Program-made: the position numbers and the translations under genes
From: the human T2T-CHM13v2.0 reference genome, Homo sapiens
NCBI RefSeq assembly: GCF_009914755.1
Contig: NC_060926.1
Length of the DNA: 64,000 bases
Reading direction: 5' to 3' (one strand)
Notes under the pieces: model-generated
Seen by the model: only the letters and a program-made list of their open reading frames with translations
Databases searched by the model: none
What the model was told of the DNA's origin: nothing
Shown here: positions 38,769-50,029 of the stretch, piece by piece
Layout: every line of letters begins with the position of its first letter
Numbering within the stretch: position 1 is the stretch's first letter

Positions 38769-41700
38769 TCAATGGAAAAAATATGGCCATACTTCATCCC
38801 AACCCCTCTATTCACCAGTGAAAAAGCAAAAACAGAATTTGATTTTCTTAATGCTAAAAAAAGGTACTTAGTAACAGGACTTACTCCAACAGGAAATATA
38901 CAAGAGAAATATTTTGGCGTGTAATAGCTAACCTCCAGTCTGCTGAAACTGATGTCAGAGGAATTTAGACTCTGCCAATGTAGAAGCTTTATTTTAAGGT
39001 TTCAGAAAATATTCAGGTGATAAGTTATGCAGTTTTTCTTTTCTTAAGAATGGGATAGGCCTTTCTCCTTTAGGAATGGCTTAATTCTGCCAAAGAACAA
39101 TATGATTTTTAAGGTATTTTAAATATGGTGTATGGTACTGCATTATACGGCTTCGGTACTGATCAACGGGGCAATGAAACAGACTGCATTTTACCAAGTC
39201 TGTTTATGAAATTAACCGTGCACATCTGCTTGGTCCAAAGACTAATTTAGTGTAGAATAATAAGTAATTAGAAGATTACCTTTATGAAATAAATATGCAG
39301 GATAACACTACATATAAATAAAATACCCTGTAATCAATGCCTTTAAAATACTATCAGGCACTAACAGATTGACACAGCTATAATCCTACATTATTCAATG
39401 TGATTCAATCATTTATAAATACAGAAAAACATAATAGAATAGCAAAATGTAAAGTGAGAATATAAAAATCAGATTTGAACCAGAAATGCAATTAGGAAGC
39501 ATATATTAAGATGTATTTGTAATAATAACAAGGCACACAACTTTGGCTCTGAGCTCTATAGCAGCCATGCAATAAAGTTATTTATCTATTTTCATGTGAA
39601 TATTAAAACAACTTATCCTGTATACCCAATGGGAGAAAAATGAATAAGCCACCACATTGCTGCACTCTAAAATCATATTAAGGAGAAAATTACTTTTCAA
39701 CCTTTGGCAAGTTGTAGTTCATTCTTGATGTGTTAATGGCTGCTGTTTCATAGTTCAGCTGAAGTAAAAGGATCTACTCTTCAGTGTATTTACTGGGGTG
39801 ATATTTATGATGTTTGGCAGCATCTGTTTTTCACATTTAGTTATCTTGTGCTGTACTTCTGATATGATGTGCTAATTTGATTTTCTCCTACTTGTTTTGA
39901 TAAATAAGTTTATGTTTTTTTTCCTAGAGTCAAAAATTGAGGTAATCGATCTAGATTACAAAAACAATTAAAACTGAGTGAACCATGGGAAGTCAATAAC
40001 ACTTAAATCTTTGAAGTTAAAAATATGATTTGTAATGTGTACATAGAATTGGTTTTCATAGTGTAGTCTGCAGTGTCAGGCAAAGATTACATAGTAAATC
40101 CAGATGATCTATATTAGGAGGATATATAGGAGTTGCATTATATTTACTATTAGCAAAATAATAGTTTAAAATTGACTTTGCTGCCTTGGCACTGATATTC
40201 CACTACAACCCAACATCGGAATCCTTAATGTAAAGTTTCAACATCTGTATCAGTTGCTATTCTCAACTAAAACTTACTCTGTTAAAATCAATATTCTTGT
40301 TTATAAATTAGTCCTCTGAGTTATTACAAACCATGATGATGTTTTGAACAAGCTAATGGTCACAATATTGTTAATCGATTTTCCTACTTGGAAAAAAAAT
40401 GTGCAGATAGCTGCCTCTTATTCACTATTGAGTTGGTTCATTTGTAGACTGATGCTGATTTCATTTTGATTGAGCAGGATTATGAGAAATAAGAAAATGT
40501 TTGAATTTTCAACTCACTCCTTTCTGTTGTGACATTTTGTTCTTTCATTCCATCATCTCCATTAGTTTGCCAACTGGCACTGACAGGAGTGCAAAACTAC
40601 TGCAAATTGTTACTTCAGCAGTACTCTGCCTGCCAAGAACTGATCAGCTGCTTCTCTTAATGCACCTTTCACTCTTTCCTAACTGAAGCAGTCTGAGTCT
40701 GCAGTGCTGCTGGGTTACAAATCTCATCCAGAGCATTTGGATTTAATCAATCACCTGATTTCTACCACTTTAAGATAAACATGCATGAATGCAATCATTA
40801 CAAAAATGAATGTCTAGTCTGAAAATTGGAGGGAATGTGGGTATAGGACCACAGGGGTAAACATTCATGCTCTATTCAATTTATGGTTTCATTTAGACTG
40901 ATATATCCAACTCTTTCTCAGCCCCCTGTCTCAGCAGTTATAAACAGCATCACCTTTTCTTAACCCAAGAATGTAGTCAAGCTTTTCCCTACAGAAGACA
41001 TTCTAATGGGGCTCTGAGGGTCACCTGACAAAGGCCTGGCAGAAGCGATGGATGCTCCATTCTTTCTTCTGTGGATCTGGATGCGTTGCTCCTTCTCTGG
41101 GTCAAATTAAGACTCCTGAGAGGAATATCTGGATCCCCTATACAGTTGTGAAACTGCCAGGATCTTCTGGATGGATAAGATCAGCAATTATTTCAAATTT
41201 ATGTGGTCAACCTCAGAGAAACAGACTGTACACTTATAAAAAATTTTCAGATGACAGAAAACACAAATTAGCAGCTAAAAATGGGTTTCCTGGCTGACAC
41301 CTGGCAAATGGAGTTTAAACATTTAAGGACAGAGGAGTAATTCATACTGATCATAAAACTAAGAGGAAACATTCTTCCAATATTTCAGAGTTTTGTCACA
41401 AGCCAAGGGTGCCTCATTTCCATAATTTGTCCTCATTGCTCCTCTACCATGTCCCTTGGAAAGAGTGGGTATTAGTCACTCCGCAAAACTGTTTTGCCTC
41501 TTGTCCCCTTTAATTACTTGTCTATTGTATACCCAGAATTAACTCTCCTCCATTGGCTAGCAGAGCCTTATGTTCTCTGTAAAACTCTTATGACCAAACT
41601 TCTCCTAAAAGAGGCATTAATTAATTGGGAAAGGATACCACAAAAGATCCATTACCATTCCTCATCCCAAACAACAACACTTGTATGAAATTATATAGAA

Positions 41701-42165
41701 CAGAATTATATTTTTAAAAGTTTTCTCAGCTGGATGGGAAGACATTTGGAATCCAGTGTGTCCCAAAGGTTTGTGAAATTTCCCTTCTTATCTTACATCT
41801 AATCGAATATTTTAAACTAGAAGTGAGATCTTAAAATAAACGTTACAGGGAGAAGATAAACAAGTAAAACATACAATTATTTTTAAGCTATTATATAAAG
41901 TTCATCTCTGAGTTCAAATAACATTCAGCTCAACTCTAATAAAAATATACTATTTCATAATTTTAAAAAACATATAGAAATATAAATATCTTTGTATTAT
42001 AAGCAATAATATTGGGTTTTTCCACTTAGACATCTTTTTAACAGATTGATTTTTAAGATCATCAAGAATATCCTTAAATTTAAAGTGAAGCTAACTACTA
42101 ATTTCATTTAAATTCAAGCAAAAATAAAGTATTTAAGAGAAAGCAGGTTTAATAAAAGTTTGTTT

Positions 42166-42620
42166 CTATTCACAATAGTAAAGACATGGAATCAATCCAA
42201 ATGCCCATCAATGATAGACTGGATAAAGAAAATGTGGTACATAAGCACCATGGAATACTATGCAGCTATAAAAAGGATGAGATCATGTCTTTTGCAGGGA
42301 CATGGATGGAGCTGGAAGCTGTTATCCTCAGCAAACTAACATCGCAGGAACAGAAAACCAAACACTACATGTTCTCAATTATAAGTGGGAGCTGAATGAT
42401 GAGAAGACGTGGACACATGTTGGGAAACAAGACACACTGGGGCCTGTCAGAGGAATGGCGGGAGGGCAAGCATCAGGAAGAATAGCTAATGATGCTGGGC
42501 TTAACACCTAGGTGATGGGTGGATCTGTGCAGCAAATGTCCACGGCACACGTTTACTTATATAACAAACCCGCACATCCTGCACATGTACCCCAGAACTT
42601 AAAATAAAAGTTAAAGAAAC
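42166..42620 (+). mobile_element. 5'-truncated L1PA (older subfamily, about PA13-16)
   Basis: ORF2 C-terminus (IMSFAGTWMELEAVILSKLT..QKTKHYMFSIISGS) plus 3' UTR. The 12-bp TSD aaaagtttgttt lies at 42154-42165 and 42621-42632. Confidence 0.93.
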
Positions 42621-43229
42621 AAAAGTTTGTTTTTTGAAAATATACCAATAAGTGGATATACTCAAATGCAAGTGAAAAATTCAGTTGATGATTCAGATAT
42701 TTGAAAAAGATAAAAAGCACATGTATCAACCCAGTGGTAAAAATAATACGCACCATGAATTACCGTTTTCTGAAATATTTTAAAATCTTTGCTCATTACA
42801 TTTAGTTGCATATTACTTTCTACATAAAATAGATCCTTAATATGCTGTGCTAATTAATGAAGTGATGGGGAAAAGTACAGTCTGAATAACTTACCATTTC
42901 TTTTCTATGGAAATGCTTTTAATTGCTAATACATCTGCCAAGTCTATATGATGACAGGTTACATAACAGAAAATATTACAAATTATTTTGATATCTCAAA
43001 TACATTAAAATATTTGTATAAAGATATTGTATGATATATGTCAGAAAAAAATATCAAGATGTGTAAGGGAACAATAAAACATGACAATTAAAACTGTCAG
43101 TCCCAAACTAAAGATACTGACTGTATTTTTTAGGTTTCATGTCACAACTTGACACATTCTAGACACTGCTATGGTAATTACATTTGGTATGAAGGAAGTA
43201 AGGCATACTTGCAACTAGAAAGAAGGAGA

Positions 43230-43395
43230 AATGACTAACACTTAGGATATTTGATGTTTTACATTCATGATCTTGTTCCCTCTGACAGTCATGTTAGGAA
43301 ACTGAGGCTCAGAGAGACAGGGTAAATTCCTCAAGGTGGTAAAACCTAGGTTGGTTAAACTCCAAAACCTGTCCTTCTTCACTATGTGGAGTTGC
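43230..43395 (-). mobile_element. MIR SINE
   Basis: 'aggaaactgaggctcagagagacagggtaaattcctcaaggt'. Confidence 0.8.
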
Positions 43396-43405
43396 CTTCT
43401 AACTA

Positions 43406-43442
43406 CAAAAACAAAACAAAACAAACAAACAAACAAACAAAA
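43406..43442. repeat. (CAAAA)n/(CAAA)n simple repeat
   Basis: caaaaacaaaacaaaacaaacaaacaaacaaacaaaa. Confidence 0.9.
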
Positions 43443-46400
43443 GCTTGTTTTGGCTGCTGTAAAATAATGCCCTTCCTCCCACTTCAGGCAGTTCAAGTAT
43501 TTCAATATAGAAGTTAATTTTTGCTTTGGGTTTTAGAATTTTGTTGTTTTGCTATGTAACTTAGAACTGATATTTAATTATGTGCCAATATAAGAACAGT
43601 AAAGCACTCTTATTTAGACAGCTGTAACACTAAGTACATGAATGAGATTATTAGTGCCAAGCAACTCATCCCTCCACCAGGCTTTCTGACAGATGAGAGT
43701 CTGTGGCTCCTCCCCAAGTCATGAAAGAATCTAGTGCACTAATGACATCTGGATCACCTCTGACAATTTTTAAAAGATTCAATGATTCTCTGTCAGCAAG
43801 AAGGAAAAACTGACTTGACCTATTGTTCATCAAGGTATAATTTTGTAAATGCTCACAGAAAGCCAAATATTGACTAATAATAGAGCAAATTATACAGGGC
43901 TCATTAAATATCACAGGCCACGTAATTCATTGCTGTTTTCTGAGTGAATACTCAATGGTGTTAGAATATTTTCCCTTCTGTCTTTAAGTGTTACCCTTCC
44001 TGCCTTCTCTCCTACTTCTCTCTTCTCTAAATCCAAAATGTAAAAATTATTGCATTTGAAAAACATTCAACAAATCAACAATGTAGCTATTTTTTGTTCA
44101 AACTGGATGAGAAATCCTCTTTATTTTGGGGAAACCTCACTTGCTGGCATGGAACTATGATTTGGGGCTAACGTTGAAAAATTGTGCTTCAACACATGAC
44201 AAGAACATGAGCTGACTATGTCTAAAGTCAAAAATTGAGCAACAGTACAATTATGTAACTTTGTTTGTTTTATGTTAACTGAAAGGCCCAATCTTTGTAG
44301 CTTAAATCTTAAATAAGTTAGTTCAATAAGTCGTGACAATTTTAAGTAATAATATTACTTTGTGTGTTATTCTTGCTATCAATGAGTCAAAGCTTAGCAG
44401 AAATCCTTAAAACTACGAAAGAAATGTTCTATCTACTCAACTTACACTATTACATTCTTCTAATCTTAATTTTAATTTTTATGTGCTACATAACTCCTCT
44501 TTGGAAACCCATTAATTTAAAGTTTTGAGATATGTAGTTCTGGGCTCTTTTGTAGCTTTTCTTAGCCCTAAGTCACACAATTCTACTGTGCAAGGTAGTG
44601 ATAATTAATATTTCCAATCTTGATTTGCCATTGCAACTTTAGATTTTAGGGCACTGTAGTTTTTAGTATTTTACATAAGTTCAGCCTTTCACTCATTAAA
44701 CTTAGGTCCAAATAAATTGCATCTGTCACAATTTTTTAAAATTTGCCATTACAGATAAAGCCTACAATTTTCAAGAAGCTAAAAATGCTATTTTTGCTCA
44801 ATGTCTATACATATATTTATTTTCAGTTTTTCCAAATCTACTTTTATACTATGTAAGAATTGACAGGTGAGGTAACAAATCAGCATTAGTCGAATATAAG
44901 AATATTCTTAGTTTCTAATTAGACTATTGACAAACAAAATATTGCAATAAGTCACTGTAGCCTTCAAATTTACTTTTAATATTGCCTATTACAAACATGT
45001 CTGAAATGATTTTCCTTTATAAATTCTTGCACAGATCTAACATTTTGACAAAAGAAAGGACATCTTACAAATGAATTCCTGAATGTACGGATAGAAAATG
45101 AACATCAGAACAAGTGAAGTGTTGCCTTCTTATCGCAAGAAAAGAGTAGACAAACAGTATCTATTTTAATTCTTGTGCAACTCACTTTTAATAGGAAGAA
45201 AGTGCTGGAACAGTCAGCTTTAGTAAGGCTGCAAGTTTTAGAAGCTTATCAGGTATAATATGTTAATTTTTAAAAACAGTATGATGAAGTCTGAAGCTTT
45301 CAGAGAGATGAGACACTGATAATGGGCCTGTTTAAAACAACATAACGAAAACCTTGATTATGGGTTGCCAAGCAGCTTCCAAATGTTGAAAGAGAAAGCA
45401 GTTTCTTCAAAGGAGGCTGTTGCTCACAGAAAATGCATTTTCATTCCAAGTGCTGCAGCGGCGCATTTTGGCTTCCCCCGGGGAGGTAGCAAAACTCTCC
45501 AGTGTGTGGCACATGTGGTGCCTTTTGTGTTACTTGTGCATCTGATGTATACAACCACAGTGCACTTTTCAGTAGCCACACATTTCCTCTGGGACATGCC
45601 TGGGTGCCCCATAGGAGAGTGTTGAGCACCCAGCAATCTTAACACCCCCTGGCCTGGGGCCCCTAAATTAGGTATTCTAGCTCTGGTGCCAGTTTATGTT
45701 TCTGTGTACCTACATGGCCCAAGGCTGAAAAAACGACTAGGAATCCTGGGATCCTCGTGCAAATCTTCGAATTGGTTCCCTGAGAGTTCCTCAAGCACAT
45801 ATTCTGGATTGATTTTCAGTTTTTTAAAAATGTCCACTAACTATCTCATTTAAATAGCTTTTGTCATCTTGAAAATATAACCCACGGGTTATTTTATAAG
45901 AGTAGAAAGCAGTATACTCTGACACATTTTACCAGCATGTTTAATAGAAAAAAAAAAAAGAGCAATATCCTCAGAAAAATACCTTTCTGACCATGATGTA
46001 CATAGTTTTTGGGCCATCCAAGGAAAAAAGACACTCTTAGAGGGATGGGTTTTAATACTACTTTAGTTTATGTCAACCTGAAAAATTCCCCATGCAGTGG
46101 AACAAGAGTTTGAGGACCCCACATGCATTCTTACATTTCAATTCTAAGATGAATCCAGATTTCAGAAATATTAAATATGAAAATAGTGCAGCATAGAATT
46201 AAGGAAATGCCATATTTATGGTGAGGGAGTTGCTGATGTTGCTCCAGGACTTCCCAGTTTGAGGATTTGGACTAAATGTGTACATCTGTGGGAGCAAGGT
46301 CCTTTGTATATGTTTGTGTGACTAGCAAGCAAGATTGAGGCCCACAACACTGCATAATCTACAGTACATACATCATAAAACAGTCCTTTAATTTTACTTG

Positions 46401-46962
46401 TGGAATTATTTGTCATGCCAAGTCTTTGTTTTTAGTCATTTACATTTGTATTTCTTACCGCAGTTTTTCTAAAAACAAATTAACAAAGACGAATATTGAA
46501 ATAATTCGCCTGACCCTAGCATAGGTCACTTAGCTTAATTTAACTGCAACTGTATTATTTTCCCTAAATATAAAACAAATAGATGCAAAATGTCTATAAG
46601 TGATTTAGATTGTATTGCACTGTGATTTGTAGTTTTTAAAGACTAAAACTGTCATTTAATTATTACTTTTTGTTCTGTGAGCGTACGTATTAACAATCTT
46701 AATTTGTCTAGTGAAATAAGGAATTAAACAGTTACTATTATTTCTTCTTCCAGGATTGCAAATATAAAATAATTTAAACTAAAGAAAAAAATAAAAGTAA
46801 GAACTCAGATTTTTTTCCTAAATTTCATGCTATGCTGTTCCTTTTTCCTTCTTCTCCCCTTCCTCCTCCTTCTCCTCTGTCTCCTCTTTCTTCTAATAAT
46901 GCAATCTCCATAATTTTTAGATGAAAATTTTAGAGTTTTCACATAATACCTTAGAAAGAGTA

Positions 46963-47396
46963 TGTCAGGCCTCTGAGCCCAAGTCAAGCCATCGCATCCC
47001 CTGTGACTTGCACATATACACCCAGATGGCCTGAAGTAACTGAAGAATCACAAAAGAAGTGAAAAGGCCCTGCCCCGCCTTGACTGATGACACTCCACCA
47101 TTGTGATTTGTTCCTGCCCCACCTTAACTGAGCGATTAACCCTGTGAATTTCCTTCTCCTGGCTCAGAAGCTCCCCCACTGAGCACCTTGTGACCCCCGC
47201 CCCTGCCCACCAGAGAACAACCCTCTTTGACTGTAATTTTCCATTACCTTCCCAAATCCTATGAAACGGCCCCACCCCTATCTCCCTTCGCTGACTCTCT
47301 TTTCAGACTCAGCCCGCCTGCACCCAGGTGAAATAAACAGCCATGTTGCTCACACAAAGCCTGTTTGGTGGTCTCTTCACACGGACACGCATGAAA
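46963..47396 (+). promoter_or_regulatory. HERV-H 5' LTR (LTR7 family, probably LTR7B/type II)
   Basis: Differs from the 3' LTR at 11 substitutions by my count. GC/GT boxes are present, the TATA position reads TATGAAA (47260-47266), and AATAAA is at 47332-47337. The subtype is from recalled consensus only. Confidence 0.95.
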
Positions 47397-47398
47397 TT

Positions 47399-47416
47399 TG
47401 GTGCTGAAACCTGGGA
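47399..47416 (+). other. Primer-binding site complementary to tRNA-Phe
   Basis: TGGTGCTGAAACCTGGGA versus the tRNA-Phe complement TGGTGCCGAAACCCGGGA: 16/18, and both mismatches are CpG>TpG. Confidence 0.88.
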
Positions 47417-47467
47417 AAGCAGAGAAGGGGTAGAGACAAGGAGAGAAGGGGTTGGGGTACTTGCCCC
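47416..47467 (-). repeat. 52-bp inverted copy of the leader repeat unit
   Basis: Exact reverse complement of 47631-47682. Confidence 0.97.
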
Positions 47468-47630
47468 AAAACTCCGGCGCTGGTCACGGACTGGGAAGGC
47501 AGCCTTCCCTTGGTGTTTAATCATTGCAGGGACGCCTGATTATTCACCCACGTTTCAAGGGTGTCAGACCACGCAGGGACGCCTGCCTTGGTCCTTCACC
47601 CCTAGCAGCAAGTCCCGCTTTTCTGGGGAA

Positions 47631-48057
47631 GGGGCAAGTACCCCAACCCCTTCTCTCCTTGTCTCTACCCCTTCTCTGCTTTTCTGGGAAAAGGGCAAGT
47701 ACCCCAACCCCTTCTCTCCTTGTCTCTACCCCTTCTCTGCTTTTCTGGGGAAGGGGCAAGTACCCCAACCCCTTCTCTCCTTGTCTCTACCCCTTCTCTG
47801 CTTTTCTGGGAAAAGGGCAAGTACCCCAACCCCTTCTCTCCTTGTCTCTACCCCTTCTCTGCTTTTCTGGGGAAGGGGCAAGTACCCCAACCCCTTCTCT
47901 CCTTGTCTCTACCCCTTCTCTGCTTTTCTGGGGAAAGGGCAAGTACCCCAACCCCTTCTCTCATTGTCTCTACCCCTTCTCTGCTTTTCTGGGGAAGGGA
48001 CAAGTACCCCAACCCCTTCTCTCCTTGTCTCTACCCCTTCTCTGCTTTTCTGGGGAA
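47631..48057 (+). repeat. 61-bp minisatellite, 7 tandem units, in the HERV-H leader
   Basis: Units start at 47631, 47692, 47753, 47814, 47875, 47936 and 47997. Unit: ggggcaagtaccccaaccccttctctccttgtctctaccccttctctgcttttctggggaa. Confidence 0.97.
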
Positions 48058-48302
48058 GGGGCAAGTACCCCTCAACCCCTTCTCCTTCACCTTTAGCGGC
48101 AAGTCCCGCTTTTCTGGGGGAAGGGCAAGTACCCCTCAACCCCTTCTCCTTCACCCTTAGTGGCAAGTCCCACTTTTCTAGGGGGCAAGAACCCCCAATC
48201 CCTTATTTCCGCACCCCGACCTCTTATCTCTGTGCCCCAATCCCTTATTTCCACACCCCAACCTCTTATCTCTGTGCCCCAATCCCTTATTTCTGTGCCC
48301 CA
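48058..48302 (+). repeat. Related HERV-H leader repeats (2 x ~62 bp, then ~2.5 x ~41 bp)
   Basis: 'gggcaagtacccctcaaccccttctccttcacc(t/c)ttag(c/t)ggcaagtccc' occurs twice; 'ccccaatcccttatttcc..accc..acctcttatctctgtg' is repeated. Confidence 0.85.
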
Positions 48303-48559
48303 ACACTTTCTCTGCTTTTCTGGAGGGCAAGAAACCCCCATCCCTTCTCCGTGTCTCTACTCTTTTCCCTGGGCTTGCCTCCTTCACTATGGGCAAGCTT
48401 CCACCTTCCATTCCTCCTCCTTCTCCCTTAGCCTGTATTCTTAAGAACTTAAAACCTCTTCAACTCTCACCTGACCTAAAATCAAAGTGTCTTATTTTCT
48501 TGTGCAATGCCGCTTGACCCCAATACAAACTCGACAGTAGTTCCAAATAGCCGGAAAAC

Positions 48560-49620
48560 GGCACTTTCAATTTTTCCATCCTACAAGATCTAAATAATTC
48601 TTGTCATAAAATGGGCAAATGGTCTGAGGTGCCTGACGTCCAGGCATTCTTTTACACATCAGTCCCTTCCTAGTCTCTGTGCCCAGTGCAACTCGTCCCA
48701 AATCTTCCTTCTTTCCCTCCCGCCTGTCCCCTCAGTCCCAACCCCAAGCGTCACTGAGTCTTTCTAATCTTCCTTTTCTACAGACCCATCTGACCTCTCC
48801 CCTCCTCGCCAGGCCAAGCTAGGCCCCAATTCTTCCTCAGCCTCCGCTCCTCCACCCTGTAATCTTTTTATCACCTCCCCTCCTCACACCTGGTCTGGCT
48901 TACAGTTTCGTTCTGTGACTAGCCCTCCCCCACCTGCCCAGCAATTTACTCTTAAAAAGGTGGCTGGAGCCAAAGGCATAGTCAAGGTTAATGCTCCTTT
49001 TTCTTTATCCCAAATCAGATATCATTTAGGCTCTTTTTCATCAAATATAAAAACCCAGCCCAGTTCATGGCTCGTTCGGCAGCAACCCTGAGACGCTTTA
49101 CAGCCCTAGACCCTAAAAGGTCAAAAGGCCATCTTATTCTCAATATACATTTTATTACCCAATCTGCTCCTGACATTAAATAAAACTCCAAAAAATAGAT
49201 TCTGGCCCTCAAACCCCACAACAGGACTTAATTAACCTCACCTTCAAGGTGTACAATAATGAAAAAAAAAAGTTGCAATTCCTTGCCTCCACTGTGAGAC
49301 AAACCCCAGCCACATCTCCAGCACACAAGAACTTCCAAACGCCTGAACTGCAGCGGCCAGGCGTTCCTCCAGGCCCGCTTCCCCCAGGAGCTTGCTACAA
49401 GTGCCAGAAATCTGACCACCAGGGCAAGGAATGCCTGCAGCCCAGGATTCCTCCAAGCCATGTCCCATCTGTGCAGGACCTCGCTGAAAATCGGAGTGTT
49501 CAACTCACCTGGCAGCCACTCCCAGAGCCCCTGGAATTCTGGCCCAAGGCTCTTTGACCGACTCCTTCTCGGCTTAGTGGCTGAAGACTGACGCTGCCTG
49601 ATCACCTCGAAAGCCCCGTA
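48560..49620 (+). pseudogene. gag: HERV-H gag remnant
   Basis: Nucleocapsid zinc knuckle CYKCQKSDHQGKEC (49393-49434), followed by a broken second knuckle (CPICAGPR*KSEC). Many stops; boundaries approximate. Confidence 0.85.
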
Positions 49621-50010
49621 GACCATCACAAACGCCAAGCTTCGAGTAACTCTCACAGTGGAAAGTAAGTCCGTCCCCTTAATCAATACGGAGGCTACCC
49701 ACTCCACATTACCTTCTTTTCAAGGGCCTGTTTCCCTTGCCTCCGTAACTGTTGTAGGTATTGACGGCCAGGCTTCTAAACCTCTTAAAACTCCCCAACT
49801 CTGGTGCCAACTTAGACAATACTCTTTTAAGCACTCCTTTTTAGTTATCCCCACCTGCCCAGTTCCCTTATTAGGCTGAGACACTTTAACTAAATTATCT
49901 GCTTCCCTGACTATTCCTGGGCTACAGCTGCATCTCATTGCCGCCCTTCTTCAGAATCCAAGGCTTCATTTGCGTCCTCCTCTCGTATCCCCCCACCTTA
50001 ACCCACAAGT
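49621..50010 (+). pseudogene. pro: HERV-H protease remnant
   Basis: LINTEATHS (degenerate DTG active site), VVGIDG flap and PTCPVPLLG motif, followed by a stop. Confidence 0.85.
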
Positions 50011-50029
50011 ATAAGATACCTCTACTCCT

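Noticed and set aside
47631-48057. Regularly spaced repeats as a possible CRISPR array
   Set aside because: The units are head-to-tail with no unique spacers, there are no cas genes, and the context is a eukaryotic endogenous retrovirus.
47343-48444. 362-aa ORF and overlapping 190/146-aa ORFs with repeating peptides
   Set aside because: These are artefacts of the stop-free 61-bp repeat cycling through three frames in the HERV-H leader. There is no protein-family signature.
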